Shown: piece after piece, positions 47,334 through 59,239 of the stretch
Position numbering within the stretch: position 1 is the first letter of the stretch
Layout: every line of letters starts with the position of its first letter
Sequence record: PZ019085.1
Reading direction: 5' to 3' (one strand)
Length of the DNA: 64,000 bases
Origin: a phage
Notes under the pieces: generated by a model
Database searches by the model: none
The model's input: only the letters and a program-made list of their open reading frames with translations
Told to the model about the DNA's origin: nothing
Position numbers and translations under genes: made by a program

Positions 47334-47999
47334 TTAATAATAGCCGAAATCTTGAACAGAATCTTTAATTACAATCTGGTCGAAACGAGGAACATGATTA
47401 GCCTCGGATGCCGGATTCTGTGAGAAAAAGTTTGGTGCTGTTAAAGTACCAGTCATGGTATCGCCTTTACGCAATACACGAGAATTTGCGTTATCCGTAA
47501 CAATATTTATTCGTCCATCAACATAATCTTTTCTTGTGAGATCATTTGCTGCAACCGGAGCAGTCATATCGCTTCTTACTTGTCCTGAAGCAGATACAAC
47601 GCCTTTTGTACTAATATCACCATTACGTGCATTAATTACAACAGTTCGAGCTGCTGAACCTTGCGATGATTTAAAACCAATACCATTCCACGAAACAATA
47701 TCGATATTTGCTACAGCAAAAGTAGCATTATCACCGTTGCCTGGGAAAATACCGCTTTGATTTGTGTTATTTACGGCATAAGGTACTTGTACACCGTTAT
47801 TAAATGTTACTCGAGCGGCATACGTACCACCATTTGCTTTAGAAACGAAATCATTATCAGCAGCTTGTGGCTTATTATATTCTGAATAGAGTTTAAACGT
47901 TTTATACAGGACGTCATCACCTGCTGGCATTAAAGGGAAATTACCTTGATGCCATATAACAGCACCGCCAGTTGTACTACCAGCTTTTAAATCGGCCAT
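47334..47999 (-). CDS. 36: Long tail fibre subunit gp36
   Basis: 221 aa (same as T4 gp36); between 35 and 37. Confidence 0.85.
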   Translation of the reverse strand: MADLKAGSTTGGAVIWHQGNFPLMPAGDDVLYKTFKLYSEYNKPQAADNDFVSKANGGTYAARVTFNNGVQVPYAVNNTNQSGIFPGNGDNATFAVANIDIVSWNGIGFKSSQGSAARTVVINARNGDISTKGVVSASGQVRSDMTAPVAANDLTRKDYVDGRINIVTDNANSRVLRKGDTMTGTLTAPNFFSQNPASEANHVPRFDQIVIKDSVQDFGYY

Positions 48000-48023
48000 A
48001 GTTGTCTCCTTATATGTATACCA

Positions 48024-48031
48024 TATTTATA
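48024..48031 (-). promoter_or_regulatory. Late promoter TATAAATA (minus strand) for gene 36
   Basis: Plus-strand TATTTATA; followed on the minus strand by SD AAGGAGA and the gene 36 ATG. Confidence 0.6.
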
Positions 48032-48032
48032 C

Positions 48033-48056
48033 AAAAATGGGAGACCGAAGTCTCCC
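48033..48056 (-). terminator. Intrinsic terminator on the minus strand (GGGAGAC-UUCG-GUCUCCC plus U5) after gene 35
   Basis: Perfect 7-bp stem with UUCG loop. Confidence 0.7.
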
Positions 48057-48061
48057 TAAAT

Positions 48062-49189
48062 TTATTCTGATGCTTCTTTAAATTCTTGTCCAAATACCTT
48101 ACCAGTATCAGTTGAAGATTGAGTAGGTAGTGTCATTATGTCTGGAGTATTTAAAGATTCTGAAACATAATTTACACGAATACCATTTATACCAAACTCG
48201 GCAGGTTTTGAAACGCTTCCATTACATGATACTTCAGTGAATATAACGTTTCTTAATCCACCTTGCCCGACTGGAGCTGTACGATAACAATAAATCGTGA
48301 ACCCGTCAGCACCAGCAGGAATTTCTATGTAGTCTTCATATATCTTCCATTCACCTGCACCCCCATCAAAGTTTATATCCTTAAACGAAATAGGTGAAGT
48401 AGAAGGAGATTTAAAGAAACGAATAGAAAGTCGTGTCGTCCCTTGTGCTAACAAATCGGCATCGGCCATTAGTTGGAATTTCATATAAAGGAAATCTCCA
48501 GGCTTCAATTTATACCCAGCGAGAGGTGTAATAATGGATGTTGTAGGCATCCTTTTAATTTCATTATTAGTACCTCCAATGGCAGATAAAAATGTGTCTG
48601 TCGATTCGTACGTACGTCTAGGGAAGCCGGTAGCACCAATATCATCAATCGTGTCGTACACAACATCAAGTGGTGTACTATAGTCGGTTGAAGTTTTCTT
48701 ATTACTATACTTAATATGTTCTAGTGCTATAGCATTCTTACCAGAAATATAAAATGCCGAATAGGAAATGTCCACTATATTTAAAACTTGTTGAGCTAAT
48801 GGAATAACAGAACTCCCAGCTTTAGTAAACCATGCGAGAACTTCAGGTGGAAAGTTTGTTTTAGCGTTAGTAACAAGAGCAAATATAAAATTTGAAGCAT
48901 ATGTGTCCATGTAAGTAACAAATGCACTTGACGTGGCGTCGTTTTCAGTAGAGAAATTATATGACTTAGATTCAACTACTGCACCTGTTGTAGGATTTAT
49001 TACACGAACGTTTAATCCAACGGAAAAAACCTGGGACCCAAGTGGATTATCTTGAAACTTAATATAAGCAGGAGATGTTGATAGCGGGCAAGATCCCGCT
49101 ATGCTTAATTTAAATCGTACTGAATTGCTTTCCGATAAAAATGGCGTTTGGACGTATCCTTGTCCAAACTTAGCCATAAATTTTTCCAT
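48062..49189 (-). CDS. 35: Long tail fibre hinge protein gp35
   Basis: 375 aa; position between 34 and 36. Confidence 0.85.
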   Translation of the reverse strand: MEKFMAKFGQGYVQTPFLSESNSVRFKLSIAGSCPLSTSPAYIKFQDNPLGSQVFSVGLNVRVINPTTGAVVESKSYNFSTENDATSSAFVTYMDTYASNFIFALVTNAKTNFPPEVLAWFTKAGSSVIPLAQQVLNIVDISYSAFYISGKNAIALEHIKYSNKKTSTDYSTPLDVVYDTIDDIGATGFPRRTYESTDTFLSAIGGTNNEIKRMPTTSIITPLAGYKLKPGDFLYMKFQLMADADLLAQGTTRLSIRFFKSPSTSPISFKDINFDGGAGEWKIYEDYIEIPAGADGFTIYCYRTAPVGQGGLRNVIFTEVSCNGSVSKPAEFGINGIRVNYVSESLNTPDIMTLPTQSSTDTGKVFGQEFKEASE

Positions 49190-49197
49190 AATACCTC

Positions 49198-52100
49198 TTA
49201 TTCAATCCACTCGAATTTAACGGATTTATTCACAGGGTCTGGAATAATGCGGACATTACCAATCCTTAAGAAATCCCTTATTGTCAAGTTTCCGATTGTT
49301 GCATTATCAGAAGGTAAAGCGCCAATATCAGAAGGTTGAGGAGGGTTTCCACCATCAAATACCTGAACAAAACTTGACCAAGAATTTTTAGTTTTCTGCC
49401 ATGTACGTGTCCAACGGGTTGTACGTGCTTCTGGAGTTGTCGGATAAGTAATCCAATCTTGGTAAAGCGAATCAAGCGTATTACCAAACTGAGTCAATGT
49501 ACCAGGAGATTTAACTTCTTCACCACGTTCTAAGTATGGAAGTCCAGTCACTTCATTAGTTTTTTCAACCATTTTAAAATAACCTGGGAACTGGTTATAA
49601 GTGGCTGAATCGTTAATATCTATTGACCAGAATCCTACAGTATCAGATGTTGGTGCACGGGTATATAAATCAGATGTTTTAGTACCCTGAGAACGAATTC
49701 TCGAGTTAACAGTTAAACCACCTGAATTTATAGTAGCACCTTTGGCGATGATTAAGCTTTCACCAATCGTTACTTGACCAGATGCATTATTAATAGCCAA
49801 AGGACGTAATCCATTAAATCCGCCGGTCTGATCACCAGATGCAGTGAGCATAAAATAGGTATTAGCAGCATCATTACGAATAAAGAATCCGTAATCACCG
49901 TTTATTGCTCTGAAAGCATTTGCAGACTTGCTGATGAATTCGCCATTAGCAGTAACTGAACTACCAAATGTTGCTACGCCATTCGCATTCAATGAACCCG
50001 AAGCGTTAACATTTATTGGCATTACAGTACCATTAATGCTAAACGTTATATTACCAGCTTTATTACGTTGAGAATAAAAGTGATTAGACGTTTCATCGCC
50101 AACTTCAAATACGGTAGAACGTGTTGTATCTGAACCACCACCAAACTGATTTCCCCAAACTCTGATAGTCATCGTCTGTACTGGGTTAGTTCCAGTCTGA
50201 GGTCCTTTTTCAAAAATCAGACGAGTTGCCGTTCCAGTATTAGAAATAGTTAATGTACTATTTGCCGAAACTGATCCACCAAACGTAGCGGTACTAGATG
50301 ATACAAGAGGGGCACTCAGATTTGTTTGTTGGGTTAAGGTTAGTGAACCATTAACCGTCTGTGCAATGTCCCTACGAATGAACTGAGATGAATCTAGGCC
50401 ATCCAATAAATTCGTGTCGGCAGCTTTTGCTTTTAATGGCAAGTAATTTGCTAATACACGGTTTAATTCATACGGTGATACTGCATAGCTATTTTTCTCG
50501 TATAGCTCTAAGTTCTGTGTAGAACCGACTGTATCATTACCAACGAATGTAATTGAACCGGATGAAGTTTTAACAAAACCTCTTATCGCCGTAGTAGCAG
50601 CCCATGTCGGTTCACTCTGCACAATCCATTTTAAATTTTTTGGAGATACAGCAGTATTTGCTGACGTTCCTGTTACAGTTTCAGCCCGAGTAGCAACCTT
50701 AATTACGCCTTCAGACGTTTCAGTGGACTTAGTCCCTAAAAGCTTTTTAGGAGTAATAAGAACATCATCTAAAGTTCCTGCATTAGATTCTGCCTGGGTC
50801 GCTACGCGAAGTGTACCACGTTGTGTTTCATTTGCTTTAGAAATATCAAGAGTATAATGGTTCCACAAGGTTCCTTCTTCAATAAGTCCGGAATCAGAAT
50901 TAACACTGGTACGGTCAGAAGAATCAAAATGAGTTTTAATTTTCAGTGGAGTCGAGATACGAGTATCATCAGTTCCAGTATCAAATTCAACTTGCGTAGC
51001 AATTTCGGCTATGCCGGATAATCCTTCCGTCGCTCTCCTATCATTTAACGTCTTAGGCGTTACTGCACGTGTATAATCAGTCCCAGCATTAGTTTCTGCT
51101 TGCGTAGCAATTTCAATTAAACCAATACGTCCATCAGTAGAAGTTTTCTTATGTAGTGTTTCAGGAGTTACTACAGCGTGAGAATAACCTGCTTGTGATT
51201 GACCAGCAATTACTTCACTATCAACAGCTAAAATTACTGCACCTTGTTGAGCATAAGTTGCTTTATATTGGTCAAGGGCTTTAGGAGAAATAGTTAAATT
51301 ATTTACGGTTTTATTATAAACGTTAGTGCCTGCAGTGCCACGAGTTTCAGCAGGAGTAGCAGAAGTAGTCGATACATATTTAACTATACCAGACAGCGTT
51401 TCAGAGCCCTGACGTGCCTGCAATTTCTTAGGTGTAATAATCGTTGTGTCATCAAGACCAGCATCGGTTTCGGTCTGAGTAGCAATTTCAGCAAGACCGC
51501 GACGAGTTTCAGTTGCTGTACGTTCATTTAGTTTTTTAGGCGTAACAATAGTATCGTCCACAAATGATGCTGTGGAATTCTGGTTAACTTGCGCTGTTGT
51601 AGCAATTTTGGCGATACCACGTCGAGATTCAGTTGCTGTACGATTTGCCAATGTTTCAGGAGTAATAGCAACTTCTTTAGCTGGAGTATTCTCTAAATCA
51701 ACATTTGCTTGCGCTTGAGTAGCAAGAGCAATAACACCTAAACGAGCTCGTGTAGCATCAGATCCAGCATCAACACGTTCTACCGTAGGGACGTTTTGTT
51801 GAACAACCCAATAACGTGTACCAGCAACGGTGTCTTCGATATACGATAATTCTAATACAGGAACATATGAAGTAGTGCCATTGAATTCTAGTTCAGTAAC
51901 AGAGACCCATTGAGCATCAGGTGGATATTCAGAACGTTTAGGGAACTGAAGCAATGCAACAGAAGAAGCAATTGTATCACCAGTAGCTGCTTTAATTTTT
52001 ACTGTTTGGCCTTTACGCATGTAGTTCATTGAAATTTTAACAGTGTCACCACTCAAAATTCCGGTAGGCAGCGTAAGATTAATAGTTCCAGTTGTAGCAT

Positions 52101-53073
52101 TATTTGTGCCAAAAATAAGAACTTCTTCATTTGGACGAATATTTGAATCCGCACGGATAATACGAAGACGCGATTTCTGGTCGCCTTCCCATATACGCCA
52201 TAAACTATTTGAAGCATCAAAAACAAAAAACGCGTCAGAGTCATTTCTGCCTTCGGCAATATGAGTCCCGACTTCACCAATAGACGTTGTATCATCAAAT
52301 GTTTTAACAATTGTATGATACAGTGGGTTTAATCTATCTAAATCGACTAGACTGATTATATCACCATTGTTAGCATTACGTGGAAGTGTAATGTTGATTG
52401 GTGCTGCACTAGTAAAACGACGAACGATAAAATCATTTGCTTGTGCTTGATATGGTGTCGCAGGTGTAACAGTGATTGATTCTTTACCATAATCGGTAAT
52501 ATACATCTGCCACAAACGATTACTAAATACAAACAATAGTTGTGAACGTGGGCGCGTCATTAAAACTGTACGAACTTGTTCACCTCTAAAGTTTAAAATA
52601 CTCTGCACAGACGCGTTAATCTGTACTTTAACTGTCCCGGTTCTTCCACCAATATCAGCCAAAACAACAGTATCACCATCAACCGGCGCATTTGGCAACG
52701 TGAAAACCATATCATTGCCGGCCCCAGTGTTAACCGAAATCGATTCACCTGAAGAAAGTTGATAAGTCCCAGAAGAGACAGTTATCCATTGTGCATCGGT
52801 ACGAACTGCACGCCATTGTAAAAGGTTAAATGCCCCGGAAGGAGACACGATATCATTTATTGCTTGATATAGACGGTTGTCATAAAGAACAACAAATCCT
52901 TTGTTGTATCCACGCGTAGAATCATATACTTGAACGGTGTTTTCTTGTACCAGGAAGTCAACGTTTACGCCATCAGTACCTACTGTACGGTCGGCTAATG
53001 CTACGTTAACAATCTTGTCGCCACCGGCGTCCAGACCGTCTTCGGCTCTGAACTTACGTTTGATGTCGGCCAT
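49198..53073 (-). CDS. 34: Long tail fibre proximal subunit gp34
   Basis: 1291 aa (T4 gp34 is about 1289 aa); repetitive beta-rich sequence. Confidence 0.9.
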   Translation of the reverse strand: MADIKRKFRAEDGLDAGGDKIVNVALADRTVGTDGVNVDFLVQENTVQVYDSTRGYNKGFVVLYDNRLYQAINDIVSPSGAFNLLQWRAVRTDAQWITVSSGTYQLSSGESISVNTGAGNDMVFTLPNAPVDGDTVVLADIGGRTGTVKVQINASVQSILNFRGEQVRTVLMTRPRSQLLFVFSNRLWQMYITDYGKESITVTPATPYQAQANDFIVRRFTSAAPINITLPRNANNGDIISLVDLDRLNPLYHTIVKTFDDTTSIGEVGTHIAEGRNDSDAFFVFDASNSLWRIWEGDQKSRLRIIRADSNIRPNEEVLIFGTNNATTGTINLTLPTGILSGDTVKISMNYMRKGQTVKIKAATGDTIASSVALLQFPKRSEYPPDAQWVSVTELEFNGTTSYVPVLELSYIEDTVAGTRYWVVQQNVPTVERVDAGSDATRARLGVIALATQAQANVDLENTPAKEVAITPETLANRTATESRRGIAKIATTAQVNQNSTASFVDDTIVTPKKLNERTATETRRGLAEIATQTETDAGLDDTTIITPKKLQARQGSETLSGIVKYVSTTSATPAETRGTAGTNVYNKTVNNLTISPKALDQYKATYAQQGAVILAVDSEVIAGQSQAGYSHAVVTPETLHKKTSTDGRIGLIEIATQAETNAGTDYTRAVTPKTLNDRRATEGLSGIAEIATQVEFDTGTDDTRISTPLKIKTHFDSSDRTSVNSDSGLIEEGTLWNHYTLDISKANETQRGTLRVATQAESNAGTLDDVLITPKKLLGTKSTETSEGVIKVATRAETVTGTSANTAVSPKNLKWIVQSEPTWAATTAIRGFVKTSSGSITFVGNDTVGSTQNLELYEKNSYAVSPYELNRVLANYLPLKAKAADTNLLDGLDSSQFIRRDIAQTVNGSLTLTQQTNLSAPLVSSSTATFGGSVSANSTLTISNTGTATRLIFEKGPQTGTNPVQTMTIRVWGNQFGGGSDTTRSTVFEVGDETSNHFYSQRNKAGNITFSINGTVMPINVNASGSLNANGVATFGSSVTANGEFISKSANAFRAINGDYGFFIRNDAANTYFMLTASGDQTGGFNGLRPLAINNASGQVTIGESLIIAKGATINSGGLTVNSRIRSQGTKTSDLYTRAPTSDTVGFWSIDINDSATYNQFPGYFKMVEKTNEVTGLPYLERGEEVKSPGTLTQFGNTLDSLYQDWITYPTTPEARTTRWTRTWQKTKNSWSSFVQVFDGGNPPQPSDIGALPSDNATIGNLTIRDFLRIGNVRIIPDPVNKSVKFEWIE

Positions 53074-53103
53074 TCGTTTTTCCTTTATTGTTTCAATAAT
53101 ACT

Positions 53104-53111
53104 TATTTATA
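53104..53111 (-). promoter_or_regulatory. Late promoter TATAAATA (minus strand) for gene 34
   Basis: Plus-strand TATTTATA about 30 nt upstream of the gene 34 ATG. Confidence 0.6.
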
Positions 53112-53113
53112 CC

Positions 53114-53144
53114 AGTTTACGCTTTCAAATGAGTATGTTACTAT
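53114..53144 (+). promoter_or_regulatory. Possible early promoter for rnh (GTTTAC ... TACTAT, long spacer)
   Basis: -35 GTTTAC at 53114-53119; the -10 assignment is ambiguous. Confidence 0.3.
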
Positions 53145-53176
53145 AGACAAGTTGACTAACTGAACAAGAGGTTCAT

Positions 53177-54094
53177 ATGGATTTAGAAATGATGTTGGAT
53201 GAAGATTACAAAGAAGGTATTGCACTTGCCGACTTTAGTAACATTGCATTGGCAGCTGCATTAAACAACTTTGAAGATGGCGATAAAATTACTGTTCCGA
53301 TGGTTCGTCATGTAATCTTGAATTCAATTCGTAAAAACGTAGTGATGTTCCGTAAGCAAGGCTATACAAAATTTGTATTGTGTATGGATAATGCTACTTC
53401 AGGTTATTGGCGTCGTGACTTTGCTTACTATTACAAGAAAAATCGTAAAACCGATCGTGAAGCTTCAAAGTGGGATTGGGAAGGATATTTTACTGCACTC
53501 CGTCAAGTTGTTGATGAGATTAAGAAATACATGCCGTACGTTGTAATGGATATTGACAAGTATGAAGCGGATGACCATATTGGTGTATTAACCAAATATT
53601 TGTCATTAGCTGGACATAAGGTATGTATTGTTGCATCAGATGGTGACTTTACACAATTACATAAATATCCTAACGTTAAACAGTGGTCACCACCACAGAA
53701 AAAATGGGTTAAAATTAAGAACGGTTCTGCCGAAATTGATTGCATGACTAAAATTCTTAAAGGCGACCGTAAAGACGGCGTTGCGTCGGTTCGAGTTCGT
53801 GGCGACTTCTGGTTTACTAGAGTTGATGGTGAACGAACTCCGAGCATGAAAACATCAATTATTGAAGCAATTGCTAACGACCGTTCTCAAGCTGAAGTAT
53901 TATTAAGTGCTGAAGAATATAAACGGTATCAAGAAAATTTGGTTCTCATTGATTTTGATTATATCCCTGATAATATTGCTTCAACCATTATAGAGTATTA
54001 TAACTCATATAAACCACAACCTAAAGGCAAGATTTATTCATACTTTGTAAAATCTGGTCTTTCTAAATTAACAAGTGTAATTAATGAATTCTGA
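53177..54094 (+). CDS. rnh: RNase H (5'-3' exonuclease / flap endonuclease)
   Basis: 305 aa; MDLEMMLDEDYKEG ... colinear with T4 RNase H. Confidence 0.95.
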   Translation: MDLEMMLDEDYKEGIALADFSNIALAAALNNFEDGDKITVPMVRHVILNSIRKNVVMFRKQGYTKFVLCMDNATSGYWRRDFAYYYKKNRKTDREASKWDWEGYFTALRQVVDEIKKYMPYVVMDIDKYEADDHIGVLTKYLSLAGHKVCIVASDGDFTQLHKYPNVKQWSPPQKKWVKIKNGSAEIDCMTKILKGDRKDGVASVRVRGDFWFTRVDGERTPSMKTSIIEAIANDRSQAEVLLSAEEYKRYQENLVLIDFDYIPDNIASTIIEYYNSYKPQPKGKIYSYFVKSGLSKLTSVINEF

Positions 54095-54101
54095 GGTAAA
54101 C

Positions 54102-54371
54102 ATGGCTAAGAAAGAAGCAGTTGAATTTAATCAAGATGTGCATGGTGAAGAACTGGCTAAACTAGTCAAGGAAGCTTCCGATAACAAACTTAAAATTTCT
54201 GGTTATAATGAACTGATTAAAGACATTCGTACTCGTGCTAAAGAAGAGCTTGGCGTCGATGGAAAAATGTTTAATCGTTTGTTAGCTCTTTATCATAAAG
54301 ATGCTCGTGACCAATTTGAAGCTGAAAACGAAGAGGTAGTCGAGCTTTATGACACAGTTTTCACTAAGTGA
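54102..54371 (+). CDS. dsbA: Double-stranded DNA-binding protein DsbA
   Basis: MAKKEAVEFNQDVHGEELAKLVKEASDNKLKISGYNELIKDIR matches T4 DsbA from memory; start trimmed from the track ORF. Confidence 0.85.
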   Translation: MAKKEAVEFNQDVHGEELAKLVKEASDNKLKISGYNELIKDIRTRAKEELGVDGKMFNRLLALYHKDARDQFEAENEEVVELYDTVFTK

Positions 54372-54687
54372 TATTAAACCGGTTGATGAGGCCGGTTTAT
54401 CTGAACAAGAATTAGCAGTAAAACATGATAAAGATGATATCGCTAAATTGCTTGACCGACAAGAAAACGGATTCATTATCGAATCCATGGTTGAACAATT
54501 TGGTATGTCTTATTTAGAAGCAACAACTGCTTTCTTGGAAGAAAATTCTATTCCAGAAACACAATTTGCTAAATTTATTCCTACAGGAATTGTTGAAAAA
54601 ATTACAAGCGAAGCAATTGACGAAAACATGCTTCGCCCATCAGTTGCTCGTGGTGAAAAAACTAATACGTTAGATTTCTTATTATGA
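54349..54687 (+). CDS. 33: Late transcription co-activator gp33
   Basis: 112 aa; MTQFSLSDIKPVDEAGLSEQEL ... matches T4 gp33. Confidence 0.9.
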   Translation: MTQFSLSDIKPVDEAGLSEQELAVKHDKDDIAKLLDRQENGFIIESMVEQFGMSYLEATTAFLEENSIPETQFAKFIPTGIVEKITSEAIDENMLRPSVARGEKTNTLDFLL

Positions 54688-55337
54688 TTAAAATACGCAT
54701 GCCTCCTGATGGAGAACGTTATATTAACGGAAAATCGGTATACAAACTATACTTGATGTGCAAACAACATTTTAATGGTCGGTATGACGTAATCAAATAT
54801 AACTGGTGCATGCGTGTTTCGGATAATGCGTATCAAAAACGCCGAGATAAATATTTCTTTGAAAAACTAGCAGAGAAATATAAATTGAAGGAACTCACCT
54901 TGATATTCATAAGCAACTTAGTTGCTAACCAAGACGCATGGATTGGTGAGATATCAGACGCTGATGCATTAGTTTTCTATAGGGAATATATTGGACGTCT
55001 CAAACAAGCCAAGGAGACGTTTGCTGAAGATGTACGTAACATCTACTATTTCAGTAAGAAAGTTGAAGTTAGTGCGCTTCAAGAGATATTTGATTATAAT
55101 AACAACGTTCAGTCGAGCTACATATTCAAATTGCTACAAAGCAATATAATTTCATTTGAGACTTTCTTATTGTTGGACTCATTTTTGAATATTATAGATA
55201 AGCACGACGAACTCACCGATAATTTAGTCTGGCAAAATTATTCTACCAAATTAAAGGCATATCGAAAAATACTTCAAATCGATGTAAATGCTGCTAAGAA
55301 ATTGTTCATAGAAACAATCAAATCATGTAAGTATTAA
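54684..55337 (+). CDS. 59: Helicase loader gp59
   Basis: 217 aa (same as T4 gp59); between 33 and 32. Confidence 0.85.
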   Translation: MIKIRMPPDGERYINGKSVYKLYLMCKQHFNGRYDVIKYNWCMRVSDNAYQKRRDKYFFEKLAEKYKLKELTLIFISNLVANQDAWIGEISDADALVFYREYIGRLKQAKETFAEDVRNIYYFSKKVEVSALQEIFDYNNNVQSSYIFKLLQSNIISFETFLLLDSFLNIIDKHDELTDNLVWQNYSTKLKAYRKILQIDVNAAKKLFIETIKSCKY

Positions 55338-55366
55338 GCTTTATTTCTTGTGTGTTAAAATTACTT

Positions 55367-55374
55367 TATAAATA
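55367..55374 (+). promoter_or_regulatory. Late promoter TATAAATA upstream of gene 32
   Basis: Exact consensus in the 32 leader. Confidence 0.55.
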
Positions 55375-55384
55375 AATCATACCA

Positions 55385-55450
55385 GCTACGAGGTATAAGT
55401 GTCGTAGCAACCAACTGTAAATAAATTAAATAATCTAAATAAAAGGTAAT
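55385..55450 (+). promoter_or_regulatory. Gene 32 translational operator: hairpin (GCTACGA/TCGTAGC) plus AU-rich unstructured tract before the start codon
   Basis: 7-bp stem followed by AAATAAATTAAATAATCTAAATAAAAGG, like the T4 gene 32 autoregulatory leader. Confidence 0.55.
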
Positions 55451-55455
55451 AATCC

Positions 55456-56355
55456 ATGTTTAAACGTAAATCTACTGCTGACCTCGCTGCTCAAATGGCT
55501 AAACTGAATGGTAACAAAGGTTTCTCTTCAGAAGATAAAGGCGAATGGAAGCTGAAGCTAGATGCATCCGGTAATGGTCAAGCGGTAATTCGTTTCTTGC
55601 CAGCAAAAACTGATGATGCACTACCATTTGCAATTCTTGTTAACCACGGTTTCAAGAAAAATGGTAAATGGTATATTGAAAATTGCTCTTCTACACATGG
55701 TGATTATGACTCTTGTCCTGTATGTCAGTACATTAGTAAAAATGACCTGTACAATACTAACAAAACTGAATATTCTCAACTGAAACGTAAAACTTCTTAT
55801 TGGGCTAATATTCTGGTTGTTAAAGACCCTCAAGCTCCAGATAATGAAGGTAAAGTATTTAAATATCGTTTCGGTAAAAAGATTTGGGACAAAATCAATG
55901 CAATGATTGCTGTTGATACCGAAATGGGTGAAACTCCAGTTGATGTTACTTGTCCGTTTGAAGGTGCTAACTTCGTTCTGAAAGCTAAGCAGGTTTCTGG
56001 TTTTAGCAACTATGACGAATCTAAATTCTTGGGTCAATCTGAAATTCCTCGTATTAATGACGAAGCATTCCAGAAAGAACTATATGACCAGATGGTAGAC
56101 CTTACTACTTTGACGGCTAAAGACCAGTTTAAATCCTTTGAAAAATTAAATGAATCTTTCGCTAAGGTTCTTGGTACTGCCGCTCTTGGTGGTGCAGCAG
56201 CCGCAGCAGCTTCTGTTGCAGATAAAGTTGCTTCTGACCTTGACGATTTTGATAAAGACATGGAAGCCTTTAGTTCTGCAAAAACTGAAGATGACTTCAT
56301 GAGTTCCTCGTCTTCTGACGATGGCGACCTCGATGACCTGTTAGCCGGTCTATAA
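55456..56355 (+). CDS. 32: Single-stranded DNA-binding protein gp32
   Basis: 299 aa; [36 protein letters not shown] ... matches T4 gp32. Confidence 0.97.
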   Translation: MFKRKSTADLAAQMAKLNGNKGFSSEDKGEWKLKLDASGNGQAVIRFLPAKTDDALPFAILVNHGFKKNGKWYIENCSSTHGDYDSCPVCQYISKNDLYNTNKTEYSQLKRKTSYWANILVVKDPQAPDNEGKVFKYRFGKKIWDKINAMIAVDTEMGETPVDVTCPFEGANFVLKAKQVSGFSNYDESKFLGQSEIPRINDEAFQKELYDQMVDLTTLTAKDQFKSFEKLNESFAKVLGTAALGGAAAAAASVADKVASDLDDFDKDMEAFSSAKTEDDFMSSSSSDDGDLDDLLAGL

Positions 56356-56361
56356 TAAATC

Positions 56362-56383
56362 GGGAGACTTCGGTCTCCCTTTT
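56362..56383 (+). terminator. Intrinsic terminator (GGGAGAC-UUCG-GUCUCCC plus U4)
   Basis: Perfect stem and UUCG loop after gene 32. Confidence 0.75.
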
Positions 56384-56411
56384 GAGTATCTGTAAATTGC
56401 CAAAAAAAGTT

Positions 56412-56450
56412 GTTTACTTTTCCTTTAAACATGATACTATAGACTTATCA
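56412..56450 (+). promoter_or_regulatory. Early promoter (GTTTAC, 17 bp, TACTAT); spacer TTTTCCT is complementary to the SD AGGAAAA
   Basis: -35 at 56412-56417, -10 at 56435-56440. Confidence 0.5.
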
Positions 56451-56470
56451 ACAAATTAGAGGAAAATAAA

Positions 56471-56722
56471 ATGATTTTTATTATTCAAAGAAGTATGGAT
56501 TACTGCGGTAGCAAAAACGTTGCAGCTTTCACTGACCCAGTTGCGACATACAATGAATGCCTGAAGCCGGAAAACGTAGCATGTATTTCGTCTGATTACG
56601 AAGCTCTTATCGTACAGATGTTCTATTCTTCGGGTGATAATCATGCAGTTCGCATTAAAGAAGAACACCTAGAATCATATGAGACGTTTGCAGAATCTTT
56701 ATTACAACACATCAACAAATGA
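56471..56722 (+). CDS. Hypothetical protein (83 aa)
   Basis: ORF with SD AGAGGAAAA. Confidence 0.55.
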   Translation: MIFIIQRSMDYCGSKNVAAFTDPVATYNECLKPENVACISSDYEALIVQMFYSSGDNHAVRIKEEHLESYETFAESLLQHINK

Positions 56723-56732
56723 GGAAATCAAA

Positions 56733-57137
56733 ATGGAAATCGGAAAATCTTATATCATTAACCCTTTGTTTAAAGACGACTTTGTTCAAGAAGCACCACA
56801 CAATAATGCTAAGATGTTAAAATTGATTGAGCTCCATGGGCCTAGTTTTGTTGTAAATGGAATGGAACCTGATTATGATGGCGATACGCCAAACGTAGTA
56901 AGTGTAACCATGGAAGACGGTACTGTATGTTCTGCTGGTGGTGAAATTGAAACTTATTTTGAGATTTATCCTGACGAGTTCAAATACTTTATTGAGTACT
57001 TTACTGAGGTAGATTTAGTAAAACCTCAACCTACTAACGAAGGTATAACTTTAGGTGTAACAAAAATCCATTGTATCGTAGATGAAACCAACGTCGACGA
57101 AATCATCAAACTTTTGCAAAAAACTTTTAAAAAGTAG
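56733..57137 (+). CDS. Hypothetical protein (134 aa)
   Basis: ATG after SD GAGGAAA; the track ORF begins upstream. Confidence 0.55.
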   Translation: MEIGKSYIINPLFKDDFVQEAPHNNAKMLKLIELHGPSFVVNGMEPDYDGDTPNVVSVTMEDGTVCSAGGEIETYFEIYPDEFKYFIEYFTEVDLVKPQPTNEGITLGVTKIHCIVDETNVDEIIKLLQKTFKK

Positions 57138-57166
57138 TTTACAACAAGATAGGGCTATGTTATAGT
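57137..57166 (+). promoter_or_regulatory. Early promoter (GTTTAC, 18 bp, TATAGT)
   Basis: Same promoter family as 16028, 37005 and 37517. Confidence 0.5.
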
Positions 57167-57200
57167 AGTCCTATCAAATAAAAGTGAAGAGGAGAATAAA

Positions 57201-58896
<1,696 letters not shown>

Positions 58897-58897
58897 A

Positions 58898-59152
58898 ATG
58901 ATTTTACGTTTTATTAATTCATATGGCACCACAATTTTTGAAATGAAAAATCCAAGTGAACTGGATATACCTTCACCGAATAGTGAAATCACAGTTAAAG
59001 GTGAACGATTCATTTGCTATTCACACGAACGAATTTATGACTATCGTGAATTTTGTGGTGGTTACGGTATAGAAAAAGAACCGTTGGTTTATTTCGATAT
59101 CACAGTCTTGACACCTAAAGAATACAAAGAAATTATTGCTGAGAATAATTAA
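58898..59152 (+). CDS. Hypothetical protein (84 aa)
   Basis: ORF between td and nrdA. Confidence 0.5.
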   Translation: MILRFINSYGTTIFEMKNPSELDIPSPNSEITVKGERFICYSHERIYDYREFCGGYGIEKEPLVYFDITVLTPKEYKEIIAENN

Positions 59153-59183
59153 CGCTTCAGTTTAAAAGTGTATAATAAATTAA

Positions 59184-59206
59184 CGGGATAAATACTATCC
59201 CGTTTG
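59184..59206 (+). terminator. Terminator-like hairpin (CGGGAUA-loop-UAUCCCG) followed by UUUGG
   Basis: Inverted repeat seen directly; weak U-tract. Confidence 0.4.
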
Positions 59207-59239
59207 GAGTAATGTTTATCAACCTATACTGAGGAATAT

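Noticed and set aside
53503-53847. 114-aa minus-strand ORF inside rnh
   Set aside because: Antisense to conserved RNase H.
55621-56432. 138-aa and 132-aa minus-strand ORFs inside gene 32
   Set aside because: Antisense to gp32; the Ala-rich translation mirrors the gp32 acidic tail codons.
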